A stretch of 64,000 nucleotides of DNA from Candidatus Rokuibacteriota bacterium (GTDB lineage: Bacteria; Methylomirabilota; Methylomirabilia; Rokubacteriales; CSP1-6): assembly GCA_003221515.1 (NCBI GenBank), contig QHSI01000104.1, forward strand, positions 32,568 through 96,567, in the 5' to 3' direction. How positions within the stretch are numbered: the first letter of the stretch is position 1; the number at the start of each line of letters is the position of its first letter. This document shows, piece after piece, positions 1 through 12,555 of this stretch. Position numbers and translations under genes: made by a program. The notes under the pieces are model-generated. The model saw only the letters and a program-made list of their open reading frames with translations, was not told the DNA's origin and ran no database searches.

Positions 1-500
1 GGCTGGCGCGCACCTTTCAGATCGTCCGGCCGTTTCCGCGCATGACCGTGCTCGAGAACGTGCGGGTCGGCGCGCTCGCCCGCCATCCGCGCGCCGCGGA
101 GGCTCTGGAGCGCGCCCGCGGCGTCGTCGAGCGCGTGGGACTCGGCGCCCGCGAGCGCGTTCCCGCGTCGGCCCTGACGCTGCCCGAGCGCAAACGCCTC
201 GAGCTGGCGCGCGCGCTCGCCACCGAGCCGGCGCTGCTCCTGCTCGACGAGGTGATGGCCGGCCTCAATCCGACGGAGATCGAGACGCTGATCCAGCTGA
301 TCCGGGCCATCCACGCTTCTGGCGTCTCGATTCTCCTGATCGAGCACAACATGCGGGCGGTCATGGCGCTCTCCCAGCGGATCGTGGTGCTGAGCTTCGG
401 CGAGAAGATCGCCGAGGGGACGCCGGCCCACATCGCGCACCACCCGAAGGTGATCGAGGCGTATCTGGGCGACGAGTATGTCGACGCTGCTCCGGCTTGA
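1..500 (+). CDS. Branched-chain amino acid ABC transporter ATP-binding protein (LivG-type), 5' partial, runs in from upstream of the window
   Basis: Translation shows ABC signature region (LSGGMKQ-like 'LPERKRLELARALATEPALLLLDEVMAGLNP', Walker B, 'ILLIEHNM' H-loop, C-terminal 'IEAYLGDE'); no start in window; overlaps next ATPase by ATGA-type coupling. Confidence 0.8.
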   Translation, partial: LARTFQIVRPFPRMTVLENVRVGALARHPRAAEALERARGVVERVGLGARERVPASALTLPERKRLELARALATEPALLLLDEVMAGLNPTEIETLIQLIRAIHASGVSILLIEHNMRAVMALSQRIVVLSFGEKIAEGTPAHIAHHPKVIEAYLGDEYVDAAPA

Positions 501-1188
501 CGGGCTCGACGCCGGCTACGGCGACCTGACGGCAGTGTCCGGCGTCTCGCTCGAGGTGCGGCAGGGCGAGGCGGTGGCGTTGATCGGGTCCAACGGCGCC
601 GGCAAGACCACGACACTCCGGGCGATCACCGGACTGCTGCCGTGCCGCGGCGGGCGCGTCGAGTTCGCGGGCGCGCGGATCGACGGGCTCGGATCGGCGC
701 AGATCGTGGCGCGCGGCATCGCCCACGTGCCCGAGGGGCGCCAGCTGTTCCCGACGCTGACCGTGCGCGACAACCTCGAGCTCGGCAGCCGTGGCGGCGA
801 CAGGCGGCGGCGCGACGAAACGCTCGAGTCCGTCTTCACGCTGTTTCCCCGCCTGCGCGAGCGCCAGCGCCAGCTCGCCGGCACCCTCTCGGGCGGCGAG
901 CAGCAGATGTGCGCGATCGGCCGTGGCCTCATGGCGCGGCCGCGGCTCCTCCTGCTCGACGAGCCGAGCCTCGGCCTGGCGCCGGTGGCGGTGAAGCTCA
1001 TCTTCGAGACGCTCCGTCGCGTGAACGACGCGGGCACCACGCTCCTCCTCGTCGAGCAGAACGTGCCGCGCGCGCTCCAGCTCTCGCACCGGGGCTACGT
1101 GCTCGAGAACGGGCGCATCGCGCTCGCCGGCACCCGGGCCGACCTGCTCGCGAACCCCCACGTCAAGCAAGCGTACCTGGGCCTCTGA
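478..1188 (+). CDS. Branched-chain amino acid ABC transporter ATP-binding protein (LivF-type)
   Basis: Walker A 'GSNGAGKTTTL', signature 'LSGGEQQM', Walker B 'LLLLDEPSLGLAP', C-terminal 'NPHVKQAYLG'; 236 aa. Confidence 0.85.
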   Translation: MSTLLRLDGLDAGYGDLTAVSGVSLEVRQGEAVALIGSNGAGKTTTLRAITGLLPCRGGRVEFAGARIDGLGSAQIVARGIAHVPEGRQLFPTLTVRDNLELGSRGGDRRRRDETLESVFTLFPRLRERQRQLAGTLSGGEQQMCAIGRGLMARPRLLLLDEPSLGLAPVAVKLIFETLRRVNDAGTTLLLVEQNVPRALQLSHRGYVLENGRIALAGTRADLLANPHVKQAYLGL

Positions 1189-1390
1189 GCCTCGCGCCGG
1201 CGCCTCGCCCCGAGAACGGCGTGAGGCTCGACATCAACCCGCCGTAGCCGTCGTGGCCGCGGGCCCTTTGCCTGGGCGCAAGTGCGGTACTCTTGGCTCA
1301 GCCGCGTGGCGGTGCGCGCCCCAGGCCGTCGCGGGGCTGGGGCCCCGCCGGCCGAGGCGCGCGTCGAAATAGAGGAAAGGGGACGTCGGC

Positions 1391-2476
1391 ATGACGAGTC
1401 CGATCATCACCGAAGCCGTCCGGGTTCTCATCGACCGGCGCGACCTCACGCGCATCGAAGCCGCCGCGGCGATGGAAGCGATCATGTCGGGCACCGCGAC
1501 CGACGCGCAAATCGCCGCGTTCCTGACCGCGCTCCGGATGAAGGGCGAGACCGTCGAGGAGCTGATCGGCTTCGCGCAGGTGATGCGGCTCAAGGTGGCG
1601 CGCGTCCACGCGCGCGCCGAGGAGACGGCGGCGCTCAGCGGCACGGACCGCGAGATGCTGATCGACACGTGCGGCACCGGCGGCGACGCGTCCGGGACCT
1701 TCAACGTCTCGACCGCCACCGCGTTCGTCGTCGCCGGCGCCGGGCTCAATGTCGCCAAGCACGGCAATCGCTCGATGTCCGGGCTCAGCGGAGCCTCGCT
1801 CTGCGGCTCCGCCGACGTCGTCGAGACCCTCGGGGTGAACCTCCAGCTCACGCCCGAGCAGGTGGGGCGCTGCGTCGTCGAGGTCGGCATCGGCTTTCTC
1901 TACGCGCCGCTGCTGCACACGGCGATGAAGCATGTGATGACCGCCCGGCGGGAGGTCGGCATCCGGACGGTGTTCAACCTGCTCGGCCCGCTCACCAACC
2001 CCGCGGGCGCCAACGCCCAGATCATCGGCGTCGCCGCCGCCGCGCTGACCGAGCCCATCGCCCGGGTCCTGGCCGAGCTCGGCACGTATCGCGCCTTCGT
2101 GGTCCACGGCGCCGACGGCCTCGACGAGATCTCGAACACCGGCGAGAGCCGCATCTCCGAGGTGCGGGAAGGCACGGTGCGGACCTTCACCGTCCGGCCG
2201 GAAGACTTCGGCCTGGCCCGCGCCTCGATCCGCGATCTGCGGGGCGGCGACCGCGAGCAGAACGCCGAGATCATCCGGACCATCCTCGGCGGTGAGCCCG
2301 GCCCGCGCCGTGACATCGTGCTGATGAACGCCGCGGCCGCGCTCGTGGTCGGCGCCAAGGCGCGCGATCTGAAGGAAGGGGTCGAGCTCGCGGCGCGGTC
2401 GATCGACGGGGGCGCGGCCCGGGCCAAGCTCGAGCGCCTGGTGACCCTTACGCAGAAGCTTGCGCAGCGCGGGTAG
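1391..2476 (+). CDS. trpD: Anthranilate phosphoribosyltransferase
   Basis: 361 aa; glycosyltransferase family 3 motifs 'DTCGTGGDASGTFNVSTATAFVVAGAG' and 'VAKHGNRS'; RBS GAGGAAAGGGGA upstream of ATG. Confidence 0.9.
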   Translation: MTSPIITEAVRVLIDRRDLTRIEAAAAMEAIMSGTATDAQIAAFLTALRMKGETVEELIGFAQVMRLKVARVHARAEETAALSGTDREMLIDTCGTGGDASGTFNVSTATAFVVAGAGLNVAKHGNRSMSGLSGASLCGSADVVETLGVNLQLTPEQVGRCVVEVGIGFLYAPLLHTAMKHVMTARREVGIRTVFNLLGPLTNPAGANAQIIGVAAAALTEPIARVLAELGTYRAFVVHGADGLDEISNTGESRISEVREGTVRTFTVRPEDFGLARASIRDLRGGDREQNAEIIRTILGGEPGPRRDIVLMNAAAALVVGAKARDLKEGVELAARSIDGGAARAKLERLVTLTQKLAQRG

Positions 2477-2576
2477 GTTGGCCTAAGATAGATCCGCGCG
2501 GCAGGCCCAAGTTCCCTTCGGCGTTGCCGTTCCTCTTCCGACCTCGATGCCTCGAGGCCGAGCTTTCCGGAAGAGA

Positions 2577-2586
2577 GTTCTAGAAC
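2577..2586. promoter_or_regulatory. Perfect 10-bp palindrome GTTCTAGAAC (GT-N6-AC, GntR-family operator-like) 12 nt upstream of the gntR-family gene start; putative autoregulatory operator
   Basis: Seen directly in sequence; matches the GT..AC inverted-repeat architecture typical of GntR-family operators; located between RBS-proximal region and ATG 2598. Confidence 0.35.
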
Positions 2587-2597
2587 ACTGAGGTTCT

Positions 2598-3356
2598 ATG
2601 AACGGCGTCAGGATGGACGGCAAGCTCGGCGCTCGCGTTCCGCGCTACCACCGCATCGCGGAGGCGCTGCGCGAACGGATCGGTAGCGGCCAGCTCGCGG
2701 CAGGCGCCAGACTCGACAATCAGCGAAAGCTCGCGCGGAGTTTCGGCGTTACGCTCATGACGTTGCGGCAGGCGCTCGAGCTGCTCGAGCGCGATCACCT
2801 GATCACGCGGCGGCACGGGCTCGGCACGTTCGTCGCCGCGCCGTCGATCGACTACGACATCCTCCAGCTCCGGCGCTTCGCCGGCGACCTCTCGGGCAAG
2901 GGCGAGCATGTCGCGACGCGGCTCCTGGGGACGCGGTTCGCGACGGCCGACCGGCGCGTCGCCGTGGCGCTGCGGCTCTCCCCGAACGCGCGAGTGCTCG
3001 GCCTCGAGCGGTTGCGGCTGGTCGACGGCCACCCGATGAGCCTGCAGCGGTCGTTCCTGCCGTCGCCGATCGGCGACGAGGTCGTGCGCGCCGACCTGGC
3101 GCTGACGCCGCTCCATCAGGTGCTCGAGTTCAAGCTCGGCGTCGTCATCACGCACGCGCGCGAGACCGTCTCGGCGGTGCGGCTCGGCCGGCGCGAAGCG
3201 CGCGACCTCGGCTGCCGCGCCGGGGAGCCGGCGTTCGAGTCCGAGCGCGTCTCGTTCAACGCCACCGGCGCGCCAATCGTCTTCGACCGCGTCTTCATTC
3301 CGGGCGACCGCTTCCGGATCACCAGGGAACTCCACTACGAAGGAGCGTCGGCATGA
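2598..3356 (+). CDS. GntR/HutC-family transcriptional regulator (N-terminal wHTH + UTRA-like effector domain)
   Basis: 252 aa; N-terminal 'YHRIAEALRERIGSGQLAAGARLDNQRKLARSFGVTLMTLRQALELLERDHLITRRHGLGTFV' is the classic GntR HTH; stop overlaps etfB start (ATGA). Confidence 0.8.
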   Translation: MNGVRMDGKLGARVPRYHRIAEALRERIGSGQLAAGARLDNQRKLARSFGVTLMTLRQALELLERDHLITRRHGLGTFVAAPSIDYDILQLRRFAGDLSGKGEHVATRLLGTRFATADRRVAVALRLSPNARVLGLERLRLVDGHPMSLQRSFLPSPIGDEVVRADLALTPLHQVLEFKLGVVITHARETVSAVRLGRREARDLGCRAGEPAFESERVSFNATGAPIVFDRVFIPGDRFRITRELHYEGASA

Positions 3357-4132
3357 AGATTCTCGTGACCATCAAGCAGGTGCCCGACACGGCGACCCAG
3401 GTGAAGATCGCCGCCGACGGCAAGACGATCGACCCCACCGGCATCACGTGGATCGTCTCGCCGTACGACGAGTTCGCCGTCGAGGAGGCCTTGCGGATCA
3501 AGGAGAAGCGCGGCCAGGGCGAGGTCGTGGCGGTGTCGCTCGGCCCCGATCGCGTGAAGGAGGCGCTGCGCTCCTGCCTTGCGATGGGGTGCGATCGCGC
3601 GATCCATCTGAACGACCCGGCGTGGGCGGCCGCCGACACGCTGGTGACGGCGCGGGCGCTGGCCAAGGTGATCGAGCAGGAAAGCGCGCAGCTCGTGCTG
3701 TGCGGTCGGCAGGCGATCGACGACGACATGGGCGCGGTGACGGCGCAGCTCGCCGAGCTGCTCGGCTGGCCGTGCGCGTACTGGATCATGGAGGAAACGA
3801 TCGACGCCGACGCCAAGTCGGTGCGCGCGGCCCGTCAGGTCGAGGGCGGGCTCGAGGTCTTCGACCTCCCGCTGCCGGCTGTGCTGGCCGCCCAGAAGGG
3901 GCTCAACGAGCCGCGGTATCCGACGCTGAAGGGGATCATGGGCGCGAAGAAGAAGGAGATCAAAGACCTGAAGGCGTCCGACCTCGGGGGGGCGGTCGAG
4001 CCGCCTCAGCTTTCCGTGGTCGGGCTCCAGGCGCTGCCGCCCCGACCGCCCGGGCGCATCATCCAGGGTGACGTTCCCACTGCCGTGAAGGAGCTCGTGC
4101 GCAGCCTGCGTGAAGACGCCAAGGCGATCTAG
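3353..4132 (+). CDS. etfB: Electron transfer flavoprotein beta subunit
   Basis: 259 aa; 'MKILVTIKQVPDT...KIAADGKTIDP...SPYDEFAVEEALRIKE' typical EtfB N-terminus. Confidence 0.9.
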   Translation: MKILVTIKQVPDTATQVKIAADGKTIDPTGITWIVSPYDEFAVEEALRIKEKRGQGEVVAVSLGPDRVKEALRSCLAMGCDRAIHLNDPAWAAADTLVTARALAKVIEQESAQLVLCGRQAIDDDMGAVTAQLAELLGWPCAYWIMEETIDADAKSVRAARQVEGGLEVFDLPLPAVLAAQKGLNEPRYPTLKGIMGAKKKEIKDLKASDLGGAVEPPQLSVVGLQALPPRPPGRIIQGDVPTAVKELVRSLREDAKAI

Positions 4133-4144
4133 GGGGATCGGGAC

Positions 4145-5125
4145 ATGCCCGGAGCATTCTGGTGCATCGTTGAAGACGATCGAAACGGCTCGCCGAAGAA
4201 AGTCATGGCCGAGGTCATCGGCGAAGCCGCGCGCCTGGCGCCGGGCCGCGTCGAAGCCGTGTGGCTCACCGACAAGGCGAGCGAGGCCGGGCTGAAGCAG
4301 CTCGGCGAGTGGGGCGCCGCGCGGGTGCTGCTGCTCGAGAACGCGGCGTTCGCTCCGTACCGGAGCGAGGTGTGGGTGGCCTCGGCCGCCGAGCTCGCCG
4401 GCAAGGAAAGTCCGCAGGCGATCCTCGCGCCGGTCACCAGCCGCCAGCGGGAGTTCGTGGCCAGGCTGGCCGCGCGGCTCGGCGTTGGGCTCGCCGCCGA
4501 CTCCGTCGGCTTCGCGCTCGAGGGCGACAAGCTCGTCGCGACCCGTCCGGTGTATGCCGGCAAGCTCCTCTCGAAGGTGACGTGGGCGAAGGCGCCGTGG
4601 GTCGCGACGCTGCGGCCCAACGTGTTCCGTCCCGCCGCGTCGCAGCCGGGCAAGACCGCGTCGGTCGAGCGCCCGACGGTGACCGCGGCCGGCGCGCTGA
4701 TGAAGTTCGTCGAGCGACGCGAAGAGGTCTCCACCGGGTTGCCGGAGCTGACCGAGGCCGAGACGGTCATCTCGGGTGGGCGCGGGATGAAGGGGCCCGA
4801 GAACTACGTGATCCTCGAGGACCTGGGCCGCGTCATCGGCGCCGCGGTGGGCGCCTCGCGCGCGGCGGTCGACGCTGGCTGGCGGCCGCACCGGTTCCAG
4901 ATCGGCCAGACCGGACGGACCATCTCGCCCAAGCTCTACCTGGGGTTCGGCGTCTCGGGCGCGATCCAGCACCTGGCCGGCATGCGGACCTCCAAGGTCA
5001 TCGTCGCGATCAACAAGGACCCGGAGGCGCCGATCTTCAAGATCGCCGACTACGGGATCGTCGCGGATCTGTTCGAGGTCGTCCCGGAGCTCACGAAGGA
5101 ATTCAAGAAGCTCCTGGAGAAGTAG
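4145..5125 (+). CDS. etfA: Electron transfer flavoprotein alpha subunit
   Basis: 326 aa; C-terminal FAD-binding region '[13 protein letters not shown]...[13 protein letters not shown]...[29 protein letters not shown]'. Confidence 0.9.
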   Translation: MPGAFWCIVEDDRNGSPKKVMAEVIGEAARLAPGRVEAVWLTDKASEAGLKQLGEWGAARVLLLENAAFAPYRSEVWVASAAELAGKESPQAILAPVTSRQREFVARLAARLGVGLAADSVGFALEGDKLVATRPVYAGKLLSKVTWAKAPWVATLRPNVFRPAASQPGKTASVERPTVTAAGALMKFVERREEVSTGLPELTEAETVISGGRGMKGPENYVILEDLGRVIGAAVGASRAAVDAGWRPHRFQIGQTGRTISPKLYLGFGVSGAIQHLAGMRTSKVIVAINKDPEAPIFKIADYGIVADLFEVVPELTKEFKKLLEK

Positions 5126-5142
5126 GGCGTCGCCCAAGAGTC

Positions 5143-6285
5143 ATGAAGCTTGAGCTGAGCGCGGAGCAGCAGATGATCCAGGCGATGGCGCGGGAGTTCG
5201 CCGACTCGGCGATCAAGCCCATCGCCGCCGAGATCGACCGCGACGCGCGGTTCCCGCACGAGACCGTCAAGCGCATGGGCGAGCTCGGCCTCATGGGGAT
5301 CGCGGTTCCGGAGCGATGGGGAGGCAGCGGCGCCGACGCGGTGTCCTACGTGGTGGCGCTCGAGGAAATCGCCCGGGCGTGCGCGAGCCACGCCGTGGTG
5401 ATGTCGGTCAACAACTCGCTCTACGGTGACCCGCTGTTGCGCTACGGCACCGACGTGCAGCGCGAGCGCTTTCTGAAGCCCGTGGCCTCCGGCCACACCC
5501 ACGGGTGCTTCGCGCTCACCGAGCCCCAGGCCGGGTCGGACGCGACGAACCAGGCGACGCTGGCGGTCCGCGACGGCGCTGACTACATCGTGAACGGTCG
5601 CAAGCGCTTCATCACCACGGGTCGCGAGTCGTCGTTCGCGCTGGTCTTCTGCCAGACTGACCGCGCCGAGGGGCATCGCGGCATCTCCGCGTTCGTGGTC
5701 GAGAAGGGCGCGCCCGGCTTCACGGTCGGCAAGACGGAGGACAAGCTCGGCATTCGCGCCTCCGACACCGCCGAGCTGATCTTCGAGGATTGCCGCGTGC
5801 CGGCGGCGAATCGGCTCGGCGACGAAGGCCAGGGATTCAAGATCGCGATGACGGCGATCGACGGCGGACGGATCGGGATCGCCGCCCAGGCGGTCGGGAT
5901 CGCGGCCGGCGCGTACGAGCGCTCGGTCGCCTATGCCCGCGAGCGGAAGGCGTTCGGTGTTCTCATCGGCCAGCACCAGATGGTCCAGTGGATGCTGGCC
6001 GACATGGCGACGGCCATCGACGGCGCCCGGCTCCTGACCCTGCGCGCCGCCACGCTCAAGGACGGCGGCCGGCCCTACCGGACCGCCGCGGCGATGGCCA
6101 AGCTCTTTGCTTCCGAGACGGCGATGAAGGTCGCGACGGACGCGATCCAGGTCCACGGCGGCTACGGCTTCATCAGGGAGTACGAGGTCGAGCGCGCGTT
6201 CCGCGACGCGAAGGTCACGCAACTCTATGAAGGCACGTCGCAGATCCAGAAGCTCGTCATCGCGCGCGACCTCCTGGGAGACCAC

Positions 6286-6300
<15 letters not shown>
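5143..6300 (+). CDS. Acyl-CoA dehydrogenase (short/branched-chain type; likely butyryl/isobutyryl-CoA dehydrogenase)
   Basis: 386 aa; ACAD N-, middle- and C-domain motifs ('[13 protein letters not shown]', '[13 protein letters not shown]', '[15 protein letters not shown]'); ATG at 5143 after etfA. Confidence 0.9.
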
Positions 6301-7900
<1,600 letters not shown>

Positions 7901-7972
7901 GAAATCAGCTGAAGGGTTGCCGCCCGACCGCCGGGCGCGGATGCGCCCCGGCGGCGAACAAGAGGACAGAAC

Positions 7973-9040
7973 ATGAGTGAGCCGATCAGGATCAGTCGCG
8001 CGAGCGTGAAGAAGCCGAAGCCGAAGGACCGCGAGCTGTCGTTCGGGACGGTCTTCACCGACCACATGTTCGTCATGGACTTCCAGGAGGAGAAGGGCTG
8101 GTACGATCCGCGGATCGAGCCCTACGGGCCCCTCTCCCTGGACCCGGCGGCGGCGGTACTCCACTATGCGCAGGCCGTGTTCGACGGGCTCAAGGCCTTC
8201 CGCGGAAACGACGGCAAGGTCCGGCTGTTCAGACCCCAGAAGCACCTGGATCGCATCAATATCTCGGCCAAGCGGCTCTGCATCCCGCCGCTCGACCCCG
8301 AGCTGGCGCTCAAGGCGCTGGTGACGCTCGTCGGCATCGAGAAGGACTGGGTGCCGTCGACGGTGGGGACGTCCCTCTACGTCCGGCCGACGATCATCGC
8401 GAACGAAGCGTTCCTGGGTGTGCGCCCGGCGAAGTCCTACCTCTACTACGTCATCCTGTCGCCGGTGGGCGCGTACTACCCCGAGGGGATGAACCCGGTG
8501 AAGATCCTCGTCGTCGACCAGTTCGTGCGCGCGGTCGAGGGCGGCGTGGGCGGCGTCAAGACGGGCGCCAACTACGCGGCGAGCCTCTACGCGTCCGAGG
8601 ACGCCAAGCACGAGGGCTTCACGCAGGTGCTGTGGCTGGACGGCCGCGAGCGCAAGTACATCGACGAAGTCGGCACGATGAACATCATGCTGAAGATCGA
8701 CGGCGAGGTCATCACGCCTCCGGCCGGCGGCACGATCTTGGCCGGCGTCACCCGCGATTCGGCGCTCGCGCTGATGCGCGAGTGGGGCCTGCGGGTCAGC
8801 GAGCGGCAGATCGCGATCGACGAGGTCGCCGCGGCGGCTCGCCGGGGAACGCTCGAGGAAGTCTGGGGCACCGGGACCGCCGCGGTCATCTCCCCGGTGG
8901 GCGAGCTCGCGTACAAGGGCGAGCGCATCGTGGTCAACGGCGGCAAGATCGGTGCGCTCACCAAGAAGCTCTACGACGCGATCGTCGGCATCCAGTACGG
9001 CACCGCGCCGGACACCCACGGTTGGACGGTCGTGGTCTAG
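7973..9040 (+). CDS. ilvE: Branched-chain amino acid aminotransferase (class IV PLP enzyme)
   Basis: 355 aa; 'FTDHMF...[33 protein letters not shown]' and '[14 protein letters not shown]' typical BCAT. Confidence 0.9.
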   Translation: MSEPIRISRASVKKPKPKDRELSFGTVFTDHMFVMDFQEEKGWYDPRIEPYGPLSLDPAAAVLHYAQAVFDGLKAFRGNDGKVRLFRPQKHLDRINISAKRLCIPPLDPELALKALVTLVGIEKDWVPSTVGTSLYVRPTIIANEAFLGVRPAKSYLYYVILSPVGAYYPEGMNPVKILVVDQFVRAVEGGVGGVKTGANYAASLYASEDAKHEGFTQVLWLDGRERKYIDEVGTMNIMLKIDGEVITPPAGGTILAGVTRDSALALMREWGLRVSERQIAIDEVAAAARRGTLEEVWGTGTAAVISPVGELAYKGERIVVNGGKIGALTKKLYDAIVGIQYGTAPDTHGWTVVV

Positions 9041-9049
9041 GAGATTCCG

Positions 9050-9472
9050 ATGGCCGACTGCGTGTTCTGCAAGATCCGCGACGGGCAGATCCCCTCGACC
9101 AAGATCTACGAGGACGAGCGGACGCTCTGCATCATGGACATCAATCCGCTCAACGCCGGCCACTGCCTGGTGCTCACCAAGACGCACGCGGCGACGATCT
9201 TCGAGGCCGAGCTCGTCGATCTGCAGGCCGCGATCACGACGGCCCAGCGCGTGGCCACGGCCCAGCGGCGCGCGCTCAAGCCGGACGGCCTGAACATGCT
9301 GCAGGCCAACGGCCCCGCCGCCTTCCAGTCCGTGCCCCACTTCCACCTGCACCTGATCCCGCGCTGGACCAACGACGGCAAGGGATTCGACTGGAAGCTG
9401 GTGCCCGGCGACCGCGACCGGATCGCCAAGGTCGGCGAGCAACTGCGCGCCGAGCTCGGAGGTGGCCGTTGA
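9050..9472 (+). CDS. HIT-family (histidine triad) nucleotide hydrolase
   Basis: 140 aa; '[12 protein letters not shown]' N-terminus and 'HFHLHLIPR' histidine triad. Confidence 0.8.
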   Translation: MADCVFCKIRDGQIPSTKIYEDERTLCIMDINPLNAGHCLVLTKTHAATIFEAELVDLQAAITTAQRVATAQRRALKPDGLNMLQANGPAAFQSVPHFHLHLIPRWTNDGKGFDWKLVPGDRDRIAKVGEQLRAELGGGR

Positions 9473-9876
9473 TGGCCGAGCGCTCGATCCGGGTCGTCGT
9501 CGCCAAGCCGGGCCTCGACGGGCACGACCGCGGCGCCAAGATCGTGGCGCGGGCGCTGCGCGACGCCGGGTTCGAGGTCATCTACACGGGGCTCCACCAG
9601 ACGCCGGAGCAGATCGTGGCCACGGCGGTCCAGGAAGACGCCGACGCCATCGGGCTCTCCGTGCTCTCCGGCGCCCACAACTACCTCTTCAAGCGCGTGC
9701 TCGATCTGCTCGCGGAGCAGGGCGCCGGGGACATCGCGGTCTTCGGCGGCGGGATCATCCCGCCCGAGGACATCGCCGCCCTGAAGGCGATGGGCGTGAA
9801 GGAGCTGTTCACGCCCGGCACCTCGACCCAGGACATCGTCCGCTTCGTCCGCGAGCACATCCGCGCCGCGGTCTGA
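9472..9876 (+). CDS. icmB: B12-binding small subunit of the split acyl-CoA mutase (IcmB-type)
   Basis: 135 aa; '[33 protein letters not shown]' contains the DxHxxG cobalamin-binding motif; ATG overlaps HIT stop (TGATG). Confidence 0.8.
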   Translation: MAERSIRVVVAKPGLDGHDRGAKIVARALRDAGFEVIYTGLHQTPEQIVATAVQEDADAIGLSVLSGAHNYLFKRVLDLLAEQGAGDIAVFGGGIIPPEDIAALKAMGVKELFTPGTSTQDIVRFVREHIRAAV

Positions 9877-9877
9877 C

Positions 9878-11023
9878 GTGGACTTCGAGCTGACGCCCGA
9901 GCAGCGGCAGGTGCGCGCCGTCGCGCGCGAGTTCGCCCAGGCCGAGCTCGGCGACAAGATCGCCCCGTACGACGAGCGCCACGAGTTTCCCCACGAGATC
10001 GTGCAGAAGCTCGGCCCGCTCGGCTTCCTCGGCGTGCTGGTGCCGGAGGAGTACGGCGGCGCCGCGCTCGACTACGTGTCCTACGCGTTGATCGTGGAAG
10101 AGCTGTGCCGCGGCGACGCCTCGGTCGGCATCACGATGTGGGCCCACAACTCGCTGTGCACGAACCACATCGCCAGCTTCGCGTCGCCCGAACAGAAGGC
10201 GAAGTATCTGCCCGCGCTCGCGACCGGCCGCGGGTTGGGCGCGTGGGGTCTCACCGAGCCGGGCTCGGGCTCCGACGCCGCGGCGTTGCGTACGCGCGCG
10301 GAGCTGAAGCAAGGCGAGTGGATCCTGAACGGCAGCAAGGCGTTCATCACGAACGCGTCGGTCGCGTCCACGACGGTGGTCATGGCCCGGACCGAGTCCG
10401 ATCCGAAAGCCAAGGGCGTCTCGGCCTTCATCCTCGACAAGGGCGTGCCCGGCTTCACCGTCGGCAAGCCCTATCGCAAGCTCGGGCTCCACGCGTCGAA
10501 CACCGCCGAGCTGATCTTCGAGGACGCGCGCGTTCCCCAGACGGCCTTGATGGGCGCGCGCGGCGCCGGCTTCGCGCAGTCCATGAAAGTCCTCGAGGGC
10601 GGACGCATCGCGATGGCGGCGATGGGCGTGGGCATCGCGCAGGCGGCGATCGACCAAGCCGTGAAGTACATGAAGCAGCGGTCCGCGTTCGGACGGACCC
10701 TGGCCGAGTTCAACGGGCTCCAGGGGATGGTCGCGGACCTGGCGACCGAGGTCGAGGTGGCGCGTCTCCTCACGCTGCGCGCCGCCACCCTGAAGGATGC
10801 CGGGCAGCCCGCCTCGCACGCGGCGGCGATGGCGAAAGTGTTCGCGTCGGAGACCGCGATGAAGGCGGCGACCAAGGCCGTGCAGATCCACGGCGGCGCC
10901 GGCTACATCACGGAGTTCCCGGTCGAGCGCATCTTCCGCGACGCGAAGCTGACCGAGATCGGCGAGGGCACGTCCGAGATCCAGCGCATGGTCATCGCTC
11001 GGGAAATCCTCCGGCTCTCGTGA
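9878..11023 (+). CDS. Acyl-CoA dehydrogenase
   Basis: 381 aa; ACAD motifs ('[14 protein letters not shown]', '[13 protein letters not shown]', '[18 protein letters not shown]'); GTG start directly after icmB stop. Confidence 0.9.
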   Translation: MDFELTPEQRQVRAVAREFAQAELGDKIAPYDERHEFPHEIVQKLGPLGFLGVLVPEEYGGAALDYVSYALIVEELCRGDASVGITMWAHNSLCTNHIASFASPEQKAKYLPALATGRGLGAWGLTEPGSGSDAAALRTRAELKQGEWILNGSKAFITNASVASTTVVMARTESDPKAKGVSAFILDKGVPGFTVGKPYRKLGLHASNTAELIFEDARVPQTALMGARGAGFAQSMKVLEGGRIAMAAMGVGIAQAAIDQAVKYMKQRSAFGRTLAEFNGLQGMVADLATEVEVARLLTLRAATLKDAGQPASHAAAMAKVFASETAMKAATKAVQIHGGAGYITEFPVERIFRDAKLTEIGEGTSEIQRMVIAREILRLS

Positions 11024-11808
11024 CCGCCGCGGGCGGCGCGCTCATCGCCATCGAGTCCGTCGCCAAGCGCTACGTCACGAGCTCGGGTCCAGTCGACGCG
11101 CTCGACGACATCTCGCTCTCGGTCGCCGAGGGCGAGTTCTGCACGCTGATCGGCCCCTCCGGTTGCGGCAAGTCGACGCTCCTCGGCATGCTCGGCGGCC
11201 TCGTGATGCCGGACCGCGGGCGGCTGCTGGTCGCGGGCGCGCCGGTGACGGGCCCGGATCCGCGCCGGGTCGCCACCGTGTTCCAGGACGCCGGCCTCTT
11301 CCCGTGGCGCACGGCGCTCGAGAACGTCGAGTTCGGGCTCGAGCTGCAGGGCGTCTCGGCCGAGCGCCGGCGCCGGACGGCCAGCGAGCTCCTCGGCCCG
11401 CTCGGGTTGCGCGGCTTCGCCGAGCGCTACCCGCGCGAGCTCTCGGGCGGAATGAAGCAGCGGGTCGCCATCGGGCGCGCGCTGGCCATCGACACGAAGA
11501 TCCTCTTGATGGACGAGCCGTTCGGCGCCCTCGACGAGCAGACGCGCGTGCTCATGGGCGAGTGGCTCCTCGACATCTGGCGGCGCACGCGAAAGACCGT
11601 CATCTTCGTGACCCACAGCCTGCACGAGGCGCTGTTCCTGTCGACGCGCGTCGCGGTCATGACGGCGCGGCCGGGACGGATCAAGTCGGTGCTCGAGCTG
11701 ACGATGGAGTACCCGCGATCGATGGAGTCGCCCGAGATGGTCGCGCTGCGGGCCAAGCTCTGGAGCGAGATTCGCGAGGAGTCGCTGCGGGCGATGCAAT
11801 CGACGTGA
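11020..11808 (+). CDS. ABC transporter ATP-binding protein, NitT/TauT (nitrate/sulfonate/bicarbonate) family
   Basis: Walker A 'GPSGCGKST', signature '[15 protein letters not shown]', '[11 protein letters not shown]'; GTG start overlapping ACAD stop. Confidence 0.8.
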   Translation: MTAAGGALIAIESVAKRYVTSSGPVDALDDISLSVAEGEFCTLIGPSGCGKSTLLGMLGGLVMPDRGRLLVAGAPVTGPDPRRVATVFQDAGLFPWRTALENVEFGLELQGVSAERRRRTASELLGPLGLRGFAERYPRELSGGMKQRVAIGRALAIDTKILLMDEPFGALDEQTRVLMGEWLLDIWRRTRKTVIFVTHSLHEALFLSTRVAVMTARPGRIKSVLELTMEYPRSMESPEMVALRAKLWSEIREESLRAMQST

Positions 11809-12551
11809 AGGTCACCGTCCTTCGACTGGCGCTGCTGGCGGCGCTCCTGGCGGCGTGGGAGCTGGCCGGCCGCGCGGCCAACCCGCTGCTCGCCGTCCCG
11901 CCCTCGGCGGTCTTGCCGGCGCTACGCGATCTCCTGCTGCTTCGCTCGTACCCTCGGTTGCCGGCGAGCCTCTGCCTGACCGTGCGCGAGATCGGCGTGG
12001 CGTACGCGCTGGCGGTCGCGGCCGGCCTGGGCTGCGGCTTTGCGCTCGGGATGAACCGGCTGCTCGGCCGCGCCTGGGGGCCGATGATCGCGGCGCTCTA
12101 CGCGGTGCCCGCGGTGGTCTGGTACCCGTCGCTCATGCTCTTCTTCGGCCTCGACGCGGCGTCGAAAATCGCCTTCGGCTTCCTGCTCGGATTCTTCCCG
12201 ATCACGCTCGCGGTGCTCGCCGGCGTGCGCCAGGTGAACCCGCAGCTGGTCCTCGTCGCGCGGGCGTACGGCGCGGGCGTGGTGACGGTGTTCTTCCGCG
12301 TCATGCTGCCTTCGATGCTCTTCACGCTCGTCGGTGGGCTCCGGACCGGGCTCGCGCTGAGCGTGATCGGGGTCGTCGTCGGCGAGATCCTCGGCGCGAA
12401 GGACGGGATGGGCGCCCTCATCAACCACGCCTACGGCCTGCTGCGAACGGGAGACTACGTCGCGCTCGTGCTCGTCACGCTGGCCATCGTTGTCGGCTCC
12501 GACGTGCTGGCGAGCCTCCTCGAGCGCCGCGCAAAGGCGTGGACGGAGTGA
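11805..12551 (+). CDS. ABC transporter permease (NitT/TauT family) 1
   Basis: ~248 aa, six predicted TM helices; GTG overlapping ATPase stop. Confidence 0.8.
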   Translation: MKVTVLRLALLAALLAAWELAGRAANPLLAVPPSAVLPALRDLLLLRSYPRLPASLCLTVREIGVAYALAVAAGLGCGFALGMNRLLGRAWGPMIAALYAVPAVVWYPSLMLFFGLDAASKIAFGFLLGFFPITLAVLAGVRQVNPQLVLVARAYGAGVVTVFFRVMLPSMLFTLVGGLRTGLALSVIGVVVGEILGAKDGMGALINHAYGLLRTGDYVALVLVTLAIVVGSDVLASLLERRAKAWTE

Positions 12552-12555
12552 AACG

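Noticed and set aside
1189-1235. Hairpin (GAGCCTC...GAGGCTC with internal GCGCCGGCGC palindrome) after livF as an intrinsic terminator
   Set aside because: No U-tract follows; it may still act as a terminator in this GC-rich organism, but the evidence is weak, so it is not listed as a feature.
8632-9876. 414-aa plus-strand ORF spanning ilvE 3' end, HIT and icmB
   Set aside because: Only its last 135 codons (from ATG 9472) are real (IcmB-type B12 domain); the upstream part is an out-of-frame Arg-rich read-through of ilvE and HIT.
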